From contig CALKDX010000023.1 in assembly GCA_938084455.1 (NCBI GenBank), positions 1 through 63,237 of the forward strand: 63,237 nucleotides of DNA. The letters run 5' to 3'. The DNA is from Candidatus Poseidoniaceae archaeon. GTDB taxonomy: Archaea; Thermoplasmatota; Poseidoniia; Poseidoniales; Poseidoniaceae. Positions within the stretch are counted from its first letter, which is position 1. Every line of letters begins with the position of its first letter. The translations under genes were made by a program, and so were the position numbers. A model generated the notes under the pieces. That model was not told the origin of the DNA and searched no databases. It saw only the letters and a program-made list of their open reading frames with translations. This document shows positions 44,380 through 53,965 of the stretch, one piece after another.

Positions 44380-45371
44380 TGAATATGATGGTACGCCGCT
44401 CGTTGATGTTGTTGATCACTGCGCTTCTTCTTGTCGGTCTTGGCCTTCCGCCCACTGTGATGGCTCAAGATCAGTTTGAGGCCCCAAGTTGGACGCTTGG
44501 CTGGTCCACGGACATGGACAACGGGTACACTGTGACGCTTGATGACGATTGGGACATCGAAGGCGAAGTTGTTGCTTATGTTGAAAACACGAGAATGAGT
44601 CAAGTTCAGTTGGATTTGACCTATGACGTCAATTCATGGGTTCCATGGTCCATCGACGGCCCTGAATCAATCACTGTAGCAGCTGGTGAAAACAAAAGCA
44701 TCACGCTGACGCTTTCGACGGGTGTGGACGATGACGCTGTTCGTGAATACAATCCGGACAACACGTCGACGTTAAGCATCATGGCGGACGAAAAAGTTGG
44801 TGAAACATCGGCCGGAAATCAAGAAATTGACGGAACCGTAAAACTTCCTAAAGTGTTCAACTTGCGTCCAGAAATTACGCCATCAAACGATGAACTGCAC
44901 GCTGGTTCCTCAGTTGTGATTTCGATGCAAATGGTCAATCTTGGCAACGCCAATGATGCAGTCAAGGAAGCAACGGCCCAAGTCCGCAGTTGCCCTCACC
45001 TTACGGTGGACGGGCTTGATGCGCTCGAGAATACTGTTGTGGAACCCACTGGGGCCCGAAACGGCAAGGATTCTTTTGCCACACTTACGCTTGTCGCATC
45101 GGAGAGCCAACCACGGCGCACATGCGAGGTGACCATTTCCCTCGTCTCAGAAGGCGATAATGCTGCACGCAGCGCGACATTCGACGTCGAGGTCTTTGCT
45201 TACGAAGAAGAAGATCAACAGTCCAATTCTGGTGACGCTTCGGATGAGGACGAGGACCCCAACAGTGGGCTGAGCGTGGAATCCAATACACTCCCCGGCT
45301 TCTTTGCAGTTGAAGCGATCGCTATGATTGCAGCAGGAGGGCTCCTTCGCCGGAAAAAGACCGAGATGTAA
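44379..45371 (+). CDS. Secreted protein with a PGF-CTERM archaeal sorting signal
   Basis: Signal peptide (MMVRRSLMLLITALLLVGLGLPPTVMA). Two Ig/CARDB-like halves, then an acidic Ser/Asp linker, then LPGFFAVEAIAMIAAGGLLRRKK. The start overlaps the coxM-like stop (GTGATG). Confidence 0.75.
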   Translation: MNMMVRRSLMLLITALLLVGLGLPPTVMAQDQFEAPSWTLGWSTDMDNGYTVTLDDDWDIEGEVVAYVENTRMSQVQLDLTYDVNSWVPWSIDGPESITVAAGENKSITLTLSTGVDDDAVREYNPDNTSTLSIMADEKVGETSAGNQEIDGTVKLPKVFNLRPEITPSNDELHAGSSVVISMQMVNLGNANDAVKEATAQVRSCPHLTVDGLDALENTVVEPTGARNGKDSFATLTLVASESQPRRTCEVTISLVSEGDNAARSATFDVEVFAYEEEDQQSNSGDASDEDEDPNSGLSVESNTLPGFFAVEAIAMIAAGGLLRRKKTEM

Positions 45372-45421
45372 AGAAAAGTCTGCTTTTCTTACATTCCAGG
45401 CGACTAAATCCTCTTTTTTTT
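45371..45421 (+). terminator. Hairpin plus T8 tract
   Basis: AAGAAAAG-TCTG-CTTTTCTT forms a perfect 8-bp stem at 45371-45390. A T8 run follows at 45414-45421. Confidence 0.5.
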
Positions 45422-45561
45422 GTGCACAGGAGGTATATCAACCCCTGCACGGTTCGATTTTCAACGGAGCACCCATGGAGAACCATTATGAGTGGAGCGA
45501 AGTTCCGACAGTTGTCTTTACGAGTATATTATACGCGGGACGAGAAAAAGGAGGGTAGATT

Positions 45562-47148
45562 TTGGCAGAAACAGAGCGGCAAAAACTCTCCATTGAGTCA
45601 TGGCTCAAAATCGGATTGATGGCCTCTCTTGTTCTCTCTGTTGCCCTCATTAGCCTTGTCAGCCTTGACAAGCAAACGGTGCTCTCGCCCTATGCAAATG
45701 CAGACGATGCCTACACGGATCAACAACTGACCTCAATGCGCACCGACTTTTCTGAAAGCGACTTCTCAATCGCCAACACAATGTCAACGCCAATGCTCGT
45801 GAACGATTGGCAAGATCCTCATCGAACCATGCTCGTTATCGCAGGGCCGGAAAAGCCATTCGATGCTGCTGAGGCATCCGCAATCTACGATTTTGTCACT
45901 AAAAAGGGCGGTAAAGTGATTTTGGCAGCCAACTCCACCAATGCACAACTCGTCGCTGACCAATTCGGAGTGAAGTACTTCGGTGATATGGTTCTCGATG
46001 ACCAACGCTATTACGAGATGACCGACAAACTCGACGAACAAGTCCCTGGGGATTACCGTCGAATTTGGGCTGCCGCGAGCATCCAAGCCAATGTCACTGA
46101 AATGGGTGATGAGCGCTTGATCCCGTGCAGTCAGGCCAACCTCGACCAAGGTATCGTTAGCAACTGCCGCCTTCCAGTTCTGTTCCACCGCCCGACCGCA
46201 ATTCAGGTCCTCGACGACCAAACAGACACAAACAGGGATGTCAATGTGCTCGCCGCTGCCTCGACCTCTGCCGTGATTGTGACAGATTCAAGCAACCTCG
46301 ACATCAACAGCGACAAGAACCCAACGCTTGGTGAAGGAAAGACAGGCCTCATCGTTCGAATCGACTACCCTGGCATCGATGTTCTCGATGTCACCATTGA
46401 CAACGATCAGGGTGATGTCAGTGTCACTGGCTCAATCGTCTTCGTGGCTGACCATTCAGTGCTCGCCAACCACCTGTGGGACGAGACTAGAGCCGAGGAA
46501 CTTGGCTACCAACAGTGCGACTCCCCCTACTATGTCCAAGAGGGTCACAACTGCTGGAACTCTGATTCCGATGGCCTCTCCGATGCCCAGGGGGACACCA
46601 CATGGTATGGCAACTCACAATACTTTACCGCCCTCATGATTGACATGATGGAAACAGACAATGAGGAAATCTCCACCTCTGTTACTCGGTTCAATGACAA
46701 CTTCTACATCGTCTTTGACGAAAGCCGCCACGTGGCGAGTGCTTTGTCTTCCCCGTTCACCGAAGCAATGGGTGCGGTTGTGCTCTTGACGAGCGACGTT
46801 GTGCTCAAGTGGCTCATTGTTCTCAACCTCTTCGCCTTGCTGGCCATCGCCATCATGGTCGTTCCAGAAAAAGAAAACTGGCGGCATGTGTTCGATCTTA
46901 CTCGATTCAGAGAGCGTCCGAAGAAAGTGGACGCAGCTCAATACCAAATGCGCACCCGTGAGGCTTTGTTGTCCAAGGTGCGTCAGTTCAACGATTTGAC
47001 GCGTGATGAATTCATGCGCAAAAGCCCAGCGGAAATCATGCAGATGGTGCGTGATCCGCGATTGGTGGAACTCATCAGTTCCAACCGCATCTACTCCAAC
47101 GAAGAATTGCGAGAGGTAATCCCGCAGATACGACGTTGGGGAAATTGA
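45562..47148 (+). CDS. DUF4350-like membrane-anchored protein (first gene of the MoxR module)
   Basis: TTG start after aaaggaggg. N-terminal helix. MLVIAGPEKPFDAAEASAIYDFVTKKGGKVILAAN matches the DUF4350 signature. A second helix lies near the C-terminus. Confidence 0.6.
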   Translation: MAETERQKLSIESWLKIGLMASLVLSVALISLVSLDKQTVLSPYANADDAYTDQQLTSMRTDFSESDFSIANTMSTPMLVNDWQDPHRTMLVIAGPEKPFDAAEASAIYDFVTKKGGKVILAANSTNAQLVADQFGVKYFGDMVLDDQRYYEMTDKLDEQVPGDYRRIWAAASIQANVTEMGDERLIPCSQANLDQGIVSNCRLPVLFHRPTAIQVLDDQTDTNRDVNVLAAASTSAVIVTDSSNLDINSDKNPTLGEGKTGLIVRIDYPGIDVLDVTIDNDQGDVSVTGSIVFVADHSVLANHLWDETRAEELGYQQCDSPYYVQEGHNCWNSDSDGLSDAQGDTTWYGNSQYFTALMIDMMETDNEEISTSVTRFNDNFYIVFDESRHVASALSSPFTEAMGAVVLLTSDVVLKWLIVLNLFALLAIAIMVVPEKENWRHVFDLTRFRERPKKVDAAQYQMRTREALLSKVRQFNDLTRDEFMRKSPAEIMQMVRDPRLVELISSNRIYSNEELREVIPQIRRWGN

Positions 47149-47167
47149 AACCTGGAGGACAATAGAC

Positions 47168-47338
47168 ATGCAACCCCCTGCCCCACCCGCAGCCCCGCCC
47201 GCGCCAGCGCCGCCTATGCCTGTGGCCCCAGCCGCCCCCGCAGCACCCGTTGCGCCAGCACCTATGCCGGCAGCACCTGCAGCACCAGCGGCACCAGCCC
47301 CAGCACCAGCAGCACCGGCCGCTCCGGCCCAGCCGAAG
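47168..47338 (+). repeat. GC-rich low-complexity tract encoding about 56 aa of (P/A)n
   Basis: MQPPAPPAAPPAPAPPMPVAPAAPAAPVAPAPMPAAPAAPAAPAPAPAAPAAPAQP. GCN/CCN repeats generate long spurious antisense ORFs. Confidence 0.85.
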
Positions 47339-48310
47339 CACCAAGCCAGCCCCGAGGTCAAAGCCCGCTTGACCCACGTCGGCGCAATCTCTCAAGCGAT
47401 TGCAGCCGAAGTGCAGAAAGTGATTATCGGTAAGCCTCACGTCATCGACAACGTGTTGATCAACATCTTGTCGAACGGTAACCTTCTGTTCGAAGATTAC
47501 CCTGGTTTGGCGAAGACTTTGATGACCAACACCTTCGCTGATGCGTTGGGTTGCGATTTCAAGCGTGTACAATTCACGCCTGACTTGCTCCCTGCTGACA
47601 TCACAGGTACCAACATCTACGACGCAAAGAAGGGCGAATTCACGTTCAAGCCAGGACCATTGTTCTGTAACCTTCTCCTTGCTGACGAGATTAACCGTGC
47701 TCCTCCAAAGACCCAAGCTGCTTTGCTTGAGGCTATGCAAGAGAAGCAGGTTACCATCGGTACGGTGACCCACAAACTCCCAGCTCCATTCATTGTTATG
47801 GCCACACAAAACCCGGTCGAGCAAGAAGGTACCTACCCGCTTCCTGAAGCGCAACTTGACCGTTTCATGTTCAAGATGTCCGTGGGTTACCCAGACCGTG
47901 CTGACGAAGACGAAATCCTCCGCCGACGTATTTCACGTGGTAAGGACGCAGTCGATGTTGACGTGATCACCGATCCACAACGAGTCATTGCCATGCAGCA
48001 AGCCTGTGAAGACGTTTACGTCGACCCGGCTCTCCGCATGTACATGGTCGAAATCGTGTCGCGAACCCGTGAAGACCCTCGTGTCCTCGTCGGCGCTTCG
48101 CCTCGTGGTTCCCAAGCATTGCTCAAGACTTCCCGTGCAGCAGCAGCCCTTCGTGGTCGTGACTTCGTCACACCTGACGACATCAAGGCTGTTTCTGAAC
48201 TGGCCATCGCACACCGAATTATTCTCAAGCCTGAACATCAAATCAAGGGCCTAGAAGCTGGTGAAGTGATCCAAGCCATTCTACGAGAAGTTCCTGTGCC
48301 AACCGTTTGA
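47168..48310 (+). CDS. MoxR-type AAA+ ATPase (AAA_3) with a Pro/Ala-rich N-terminal extension
   Basis: Motifs LFEDYPGLAKT (Walker A variant), LLADEINRAPPKTQAALLEAMQE, ATQNP and PEAQLDRF. Confidence 0.9.
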   Translation: MQPPAPPAAPPAPAPPMPVAPAAPAAPVAPAPMPAAPAAPAAPAPAPAAPAAPAQPKHQASPEVKARLTHVGAISQAIAAEVQKVIIGKPHVIDNVLINILSNGNLLFEDYPGLAKTLMTNTFADALGCDFKRVQFTPDLLPADITGTNIYDAKKGEFTFKPGPLFCNLLLADEINRAPPKTQAALLEAMQEKQVTIGTVTHKLPAPFIVMATQNPVEQEGTYPLPEAQLDRFMFKMSVGYPDRADEDEILRRRISRGKDAVDVDVITDPQRVIAMQQACEDVYVDPALRMYMVEIVSRTREDPRVLVGASPRGSQALLKTSRAAAALRGRDFVTPDDIKAVSELAIAHRIILKPEHQIKGLEAGEVIQAILREVPVPTV

Positions 48311-48345
48311 GTTGACCAGCGTTACTTGAATTGAGGTGATGATTG

Positions 48346-49659
48346 ATGTGGAGCCGTAAATCTGCTATGCTGGGAAGTTTGGCTGTTGCCATGTATTTGC
48401 TTGGATTGACCTTGCGAAACTCCCAACTTGTGACCATCGCGGTTGTCATCTTTGTGTTCCTCACTTGGGCTTCCTTGTTTGGCGGCCACGCAGACGTCGC
48501 TTCAAGCGGCCGACGTGCAGATGAATGGACCGGCGAAGAAGGTGTTGCTCTTGGCAGTGTTACTGCCCTACGCAAGCTCTCAAGCGCACGAATCTTCGAA
48601 GATGGTGAACTCAACATCACCTTGAAGATGCAAAACCACTCATCCCTTGCTAAAATTTTGGAAGTTCGCGACCGTGTTCCTGAGGTCATGCGCATCAAAG
48701 ACGGTGCGAATTACATCTTGATGGAACTCGGACCTCGCCGTGAAACCCTCATCGAATACACAGTTGAATGCCCTCTAAGAGGCTTCTACAGCGTGGGTCC
48801 TGTGGCTGTCAGGATCCAAGACCCGTTTGGTCTGTTCCACAAGGAAAAGGAATTGCATGTCTACAATGATTTCCTTGTGTTCCCGAAGATGGAAGATCTC
48901 AAAGAGACCTTCGTTAAGTCTCGTGTTCCAAAGATTTTCACCGGTGCTGTCAACATTCGACAACCTGGTCCCGGTTCGGAGTTTTACTCCCTCCGTGAGT
49001 ACTTCGAAGGTGATTCGTTCCGTGCCATTAACTGGTCTGCATACGCACGATCTGGAAAACTGATGGTGAACGAGCGCGAGCGTGATGCTGTTTCCGACAT
49101 CATCATCATCGTCGATTCTCGGTCTGTTGCTGAAACGGGACCTGTTTCCCGAAACGCCCTCGTTTATTCGACACGAGCTGCCGCATCATTGGCCAAGTAT
49201 TTCCTTGGTCGTCGTGACAGCGTTGGTGTTATCGTGTACGGTGACGAGGTCGTCAGCGTGGATCGAGACACTGGCAAGAAGCAACTCTATGTCATTTTGA
49301 CAAAACTCGCTGGCGCAGTCGCAAGAGGAAACATTCCTTTGCAGGTTGTTGTCAACCGAATTTTGCCTCACATCAACAAAGGAAGCCCGATCATCTTCCT
49401 CTCAAACCTCGAAGACGACCCAACGATTGTCAATGCATTGCGTGACTTCAGGGCTCGAGACTTTGACGTGACGGTTCTCACACCTTCTTCTTTGGAGTTT
49501 GAATTCGATGCACGTCGAATTGACCGCACTGGATATGAAGTCATGAAGACTGAACGTGACGTGCTCATCAGCGAACTTCGTGGACTTGGTGTGAACATCA
49601 TGGATTGGGAGCCAGATATGCTCCTGTCAACCGCTCTAGCTGGAGCAAGAGGATTCTGA
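48346..49659 (+). CDS. DUF58-family protein (vWA-like, MoxR partner)
   Basis: SEFYSLREYFEGDSFRAINWSAYARSGKLMVNERERD is the DUF58 hallmark. Two N-terminal helices. ATG follows gaggtgat. Confidence 0.85.
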   Translation: MWSRKSAMLGSLAVAMYLLGLTLRNSQLVTIAVVIFVFLTWASLFGGHADVASSGRRADEWTGEEGVALGSVTALRKLSSARIFEDGELNITLKMQNHSSLAKILEVRDRVPEVMRIKDGANYILMELGPRRETLIEYTVECPLRGFYSVGPVAVRIQDPFGLFHKEKELHVYNDFLVFPKMEDLKETFVKSRVPKIFTGAVNIRQPGPGSEFYSLREYFEGDSFRAINWSAYARSGKLMVNERERDAVSDIIIIVDSRSVAETGPVSRNALVYSTRAAASLAKYFLGRRDSVGVIVYGDEVVSVDRDTGKKQLYVILTKLAGAVARGNIPLQVVVNRILPHINKGSPIIFLSNLEDDPTIVNALRDFRARDFDVTVLTPSSLEFEFDARRIDRTGYEVMKTERDVLISELRGLGVNIMDWEPDMLLSTALAGARGF

Positions 49660-49668
49660 GGTGATACG

Positions 49669-50592
49669 ATGACCGTGAGCAAACCATCCAGCGATACAGC
49701 CCATCTTTACGATGGAAAAACCGTTCGTTCGTCCGCACCTTCGCGAAAGAAGGCCGCAGGGCAAATTGGTGCAGGAAGTGACATCCCAAAGGATGCCATT
49801 CCGACCGTGGAAATTCCAACTTTTATCGAAAGCCTTCTTGGCGGACCATTGGTTCCAAAAACAAAGTTTTTGCCACCGGCTAAGTGGGTTCAAACCCTCC
49901 AACTGTGCGTTTATGTCGTGCTTGTTGCACTGGCTATGCTCACCTACATTATTTCACCTCCAGAGGGTACAATTTGGTACATGATCTCTGGAAGTTTGGG
50001 AGTCGCAACCATCCTCCAATTGACGCTCATCGTCGCTGCCACCGGGACCGGCTTTTGGGGCACATTCCAACGAGATGGACGCTTTAGCCTGCTCAGCAAC
50101 ATGCTGTTCATTCTGGCCATCCTCCGCTTTGCCTCTTCGAAAGTCACCCTTTCCAACGACTTGTTTGGATTGCAAGACAAGGAGTTCTTGCTCTCTGCAC
50201 TTGTTGTTATTTACGCAGTTTTGTTGATCATGTACTTCGAACTAAGCAATGGTGTGTTGCGATACTCCATGCTTGACACCAGCATTCGGACCAATGAAGT
50301 GTATGTGATGAACCCTCAGAAGATTGTCGGAAAGTACCACCGCTCCCTCATCATCAATCCAGTCATTGCAGTGGTTCTAGCAACCCTTGTGCTTTCTGCA
50401 AACACGATTCTGCCCTTCTTCGTTGGAATCTTCTCGAAAGACACAGCGCTCCGAATGGAAGAATCCGTTGAACTCATCTCGGTCTATGGTGTGGCTCTTG
50501 GAACATTCTTCGTCTTCTGTGTGGTTGGAGGCTTGTTCGCTTTGAACCTACCAACACACCTACAGAATTTCCGAGAGAAGCAAGCCGAGTGA
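49669..50592 (+). CDS. Polytopic membrane protein, last gene of the MoxR module
   Basis: 307 aa, 6-7 helices. ATG follows gaggtgat, 10 nt after the DUF58 stop. Confidence 0.55.
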   Translation: MTVSKPSSDTAHLYDGKTVRSSAPSRKKAAGQIGAGSDIPKDAIPTVEIPTFIESLLGGPLVPKTKFLPPAKWVQTLQLCVYVVLVALAMLTYIISPPEGTIWYMISGSLGVATILQLTLIVAATGTGFWGTFQRDGRFSLLSNMLFILAILRFASSKVTLSNDLFGLQDKEFLLSALVVIYAVLLIMYFELSNGVLRYSMLDTSIRTNEVYVMNPQKIVGKYHRSLIINPVIAVVLATLVLSANTILPFFVGIFSKDTALRMEESVELISVYGVALGTFFVFCVVGGLFALNLPTHLQNFREKQAE

Positions 50593-50595
50593 GGC

Positions 50596-51927
50596 TCACT
50601 CTTGATGCTCAAGTCTTTGCCTGAGCCCGTATTTTTGGCTCAAGTGATGCAACACTTCAACGATGTTTCGACTTTTTGTTAAGAGTCGTATGGCGTGTTC
50701 AGCTTCTGACAAGACTTCGATTTCTAATTCCTCAAGGTCCTGATTTCGAAGACCATCCAAGTCGTCTCCGCCGCGGTTGCCAACAAGGGAAACAATTGCA
50801 GTATACGGTTCGATGGTCGTTGAGCCGAAGTGTTCCTCAATCAGACCTTGGGCATGAATCGAATCGTGTTGGGAGACAATCCAACGCAGTTCACCAGGTT
50901 GTGCGTCAAGGTGCCAACATGATATTTCTGCCTCAGCAAAGCGAACAAGCACTTCGCCCAACTGACCGCTTTGCTGTTCAAGTGATTTGGTTTGGCTGTG
51001 GATTGAGACCACGCTTGGAAGGCACCCAATGGCTTTGATCACGTTCTTTTCATACACATTCGGACCAACCACAGTCGCAGCGGATTTGTCCATAGACCCG
51101 TGGAGATGACGGATTTCCAATGGAATTCCAGTGTCCATGAGCGGTTCAACGGTCGCTGGATGAAGAATCGGTGTGTCGAGCCTTGACAATTCCATTGCTT
51201 CCCCGTACCCGAGGTAAGCGATAGGCTCTGTTTCAATGCCCCAACGGGGGTTGAGAGGAAGGACGCCTTGCACGTCCTTCCACAAGATGACCCGGTTTGC
51301 ATCGACTAAGCGAGCAATCGATGTTGCAGTGTGGTCCGAACCACCTCGACTCAATAAGGCCAACTGCCCGTCTTTTCCTTCTCCGAACCAGCCGGTGATA
51401 ACGGGGGTGTCATGCAGTGCTTTTCTGTCCAGCAATCCCATTGAGGCAGCAAGATCCACCGTTGGAGCCCTGTTGACACCATCAAGCCGCAAACCGATAT
51501 CTTCGGCACCAACTGGGTGTGCAGCAATGCCATACTGCTTCAATCGGTGAGCCACCACAAGTGCAGAGAGCCGTTCGCCAGCAGCAAGCAATCGATTGAT
51601 TGCGACTCCATGTGCGGGGCGTCGTGCTAATTCGACCAGTGATTGTTCAATGCCTTTCAGGACCTTGGTGAACTTGGGCCCAAGTTCACTCTCCAAGAGC
51701 CCTGGTGCAAAACGAAGATGCTGGCTTGACAGGTCGTTGACCAAACGGCTTGCGTAACGTGGTTCCTTGCTCGCCCGCATCAAACGGTCAGTGGTGCCCC
51801 ACAAAGCTGAGACAACCACCATTGATTGACCATCCCAGTGGCCAACAACCTCTGCGATTCGATCCAGGTCGGATGAATCTCTGAGGCAAGATCCACCAAA
51901 TTTGTGGATGGTGATGGGGTCATTCAT
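50596..51927 (-). CDS. lysC: Aspartate kinase
   Basis: KFGGSCL motif and an amino-acid-kinase fold, with a C-terminal ACT-like region. ATG 51927 (MNDPITIHKFGGS) overlaps the aroC stop by 8 nt. Confidence 0.8.
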   Translation of the reverse strand: MNDPITIHKFGGSCLRDSSDLDRIAEVVGHWDGQSMVVVSALWGTTDRLMRASKEPRYASRLVNDLSSQHLRFAPGLLESELGPKFTKVLKGIEQSLVELARRPAHGVAINRLLAAGERLSALVVAHRLKQYGIAAHPVGAEDIGLRLDGVNRAPTVDLAASMGLLDRKALHDTPVITGWFGEGKDGQLALLSRGGSDHTATSIARLVDANRVILWKDVQGVLPLNPRWGIETEPIAYLGYGEAMELSRLDTPILHPATVEPLMDTGIPLEIRHLHGSMDKSAATVVGPNVYEKNVIKAIGCLPSVVSIHSQTKSLEQQSGQLGEVLVRFAEAEISCWHLDAQPGELRWIVSQHDSIHAQGLIEEHFGSTTIEPYTAIVSLVGNRGGDDLDGLRNQDLEELEIEVLSEAEHAIRLLTKSRNIVEVLHHLSQKYGLRQRLEHQE

Positions 51928-53011
51928 CGATGAATCCTCCACGAAGCGCGAGGTCGGTCAAGACGAGCATCGCCATTGCTTCCACAACAGCGACCGCTCG
52001 TGGACCAAGGACGGGGTCGTGTCTTCCTTTGACAACTAGAGGCTCCATCGATCCGGTGTTGATGTTGAGCGTGACCTGCTCTGCCGCTATGCTGGATGGT
52101 GGTTTGAAGGCGACAGAGCAATGGATTGGAGCTCCAGTGGCCAAGCCAGCAAGCACGCCATCGGGTTTGTCGCCTAGAAGGACTGGTGCGTTTGGTGTAC
52201 CACCCCATGAATCGTTGTGTTCTTTGCCGGTCATCCCAACCACATCGAATCCACGTCCAAAAGTCACTCCACGTGCTGCAGGGATCGACATCATTGCTCT
52301 GGCCAATGCAGGTTCAATGCCATCGAACCATGGTTCTCCTAAACCAAGAGGGAGGCCTTGAACAGTCACATCGACCCGACTCCCTACCGAGTTGAGATTC
52401 ATCCGATGGTGTTCGACCACTTCGACCATCCGTTTTGCAGCCTCAGGATCTCGACATCGCATTTCTTTGCACGCTTCATTTGCCCACCGCTCCGGTTGTG
52501 TGTTCATTGGATTGGATTCAATCGAACCGATGGCTCCTACATGTGCTTCAATCTCGATGCCACGGCTGGTGAGGAGCGGTGCGACAAAAGCAGCCGCTGC
52601 GACGAGGGGGGCGGTCAATCTTGCCGATGACATCCCGCCACCGCGCAAGTCTGCTTGGCCGTTGGTGCGCTTATGCATCACCATGTCTTGGTGACCTGGG
52701 CGAGGGTGGTCAGGCAGGAAACTGTAGTCTTTGGATTTCGCATCTTGGTTCAGAATCGATAATTCCACAACCTCACCGGTTGTACGACCTTGTTCGACTC
52801 CACTTAGCACAAGAACAGCGTCCTCTTCCTTTCTCTTGCTTGCATAACGCCCACCGGGACGTCGAGTGTTCATGGCTTTTTTTATTCCTTCAACATCGAC
52901 CACAAGTCCCTTTGGAACACCCTCGAGGGTGATTCCGACCTTTGGCCCATGGCTTGTCCCAAACAGGGTCAGGCGAAGATGCTCACCGAGGTGCATGTTC
53001 ATGAGGTTCAT
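51920..53011 (-). CDS. aroC: Chorismate synthase
   Basis: Motifs LRLTLFGTSHGP, RRPGGRYASKR, GGGMSSAR and VVKGRHDP. Start is among ATGs 53011, 53002 and 52996. Confidence 0.9.
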   Translation of the reverse strand: MNLMNMHLGEHLRLTLFGTSHGPKVGITLEGVPKGLVVDVEGIKKAMNTRRPGGRYASKRKEEDAVLVLSGVEQGRTTGEVVELSILNQDAKSKDYSFLPDHPRPGHQDMVMHKRTNGQADLRGGGMSSARLTAPLVAAAAFVAPLLTSRGIEIEAHVGAIGSIESNPMNTQPERWANEACKEMRCRDPEAAKRMVEVVEHHRMNLNSVGSRVDVTVQGLPLGLGEPWFDGIEPALARAMMSIPAARGVTFGRGFDVVGMTGKEHNDSWGGTPNAPVLLGDKPDGVLAGLATGAPIHCSVAFKPPSSIAAEQVTLNINTGSMEPLVVKGRHDPVLGPRAVAVVEAMAMLVLTDLALRGGFIDE

Positions 53012-53062
53012 GCTTTCCAGCCGCGCCCCCCTCAAGAAGGTGCGTGCGAGCCCATGGGTGGT

Positions 53063-53965
53063 TCATTCTTCCTCAAGACCGCTGAGAAACGATGTCACGA
53101 CCACGGTCGTTCCATCGTTGCGTGATTCGAAAAACCGCTTTAATCGCTCACAGGTTGGTTTACTCACCTTTGGAGCGACAACGACAAGGGCAGAGCCAGA
53201 TCCAGTGATGCCTGCGGCCCTAGCGCCGTTGAGCAGGGCATCATTGGTCAATTTACGTCCAAGCATGTCGCCAAGAACGCTGAGCATCGCTCTCCCATTC
53301 CATGTCAAAGCCACGAGTTCCCTGCCTTCTTGTAAAGCGCTCAAGGCTTGTTGAAAAGCACCAGCGTGAGGGACGAAATCTTCCAATTCAGGTTTGCGTT
53401 CTCTGTCGCCACGGCAAACAAGCAAGACATACCAATCATCAGGCTGAGGCCCAGAGCTTTCGAGAAGTACGCCTTCTTGGATTGATTCAGCTTGGGGGTC
53501 GATCAGTTTCCAACCAGGTGCGGCACAAGCCCACGCGTCATCAATTGAACCGGTTAATGATACGCCAGCATCAATTTGCGCTTGAGCAGCCATGGCGACG
53601 ATTTCGGCGGTTTCAAGTTCGGTTGATGTTGCATCAGCAAGTGCTCGCAATGCAGCGACTGCGATGGCAGCGCTCGACTTGAGACCTTGGCGAGGAGGGA
53701 TTTTGGAGGCCACAGCCCAATGGAATGCTTCGGCAGGTTGCCCTTTGGGAAGTTCGTGGCCTGCAGCGGTCCAAGCGGCGAGCACTTGGTCCAGCAATTC
53801 ATCGGGGTCATCCAGGTCTCTTTTGCTGGGTGAATCAAGCAATCGAACGGCAACAGGCAGGTCCAATGCGATGCTGGCCCCATACCCAAGACCTGCTGCA
53901 TGAAGGAGACTACAAGCACCGTGTGCATTGCCGTTTCCAAGTACCGCCAAATCTTCACCTCTCAT
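53063..53965 (-). CDS. aroK: Archaeal GHMP-kinase-type shikimate kinase
   Basis: GHMP motif PPRQGLKSSAAIAVAALRA. ATG 53965 overlaps the DHQ-synthase-II stop by 11 nt. Ends GLEEE. Confidence 0.75.
   Translation of the reverse strand: MRGEDLAVLGNGNAHGACSLLHAAGLGYGASIALDLPVAVRLLDSPSKRDLDDPDELLDQVLAAWTAAGHELPKGQPAEAFHWAVASKIPPRQGLKSSAAIAVAALRALADATSTELETAEIVAMAAQAQIDAGVSLTGSIDDAWACAAPGWKLIDPQAESIQEGVLLESSGPQPDDWYVLLVCRGDRERKPELEDFVPHAGAFQQALSALQEGRELVALTWNGRAMLSVLGDMLGRKLTNDALLNGARAAGITGSGSALVVVAPKVSKPTCERLKRFFESRNDGTTVVVTSFLSGLEEE

Noticed and set aside
46615-47854. Two long minus-strand ORFs (248 and 259 aa) overlapping the end of the DUF4350 gene and the start of MoxR
   Set aside because: They are antisense to well-supported genes. 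Their length comes from the stop-free GCN/CCN Pro/Ala tract. The translations are Gly/Ala/Trp/Cys/Arg low complexity.
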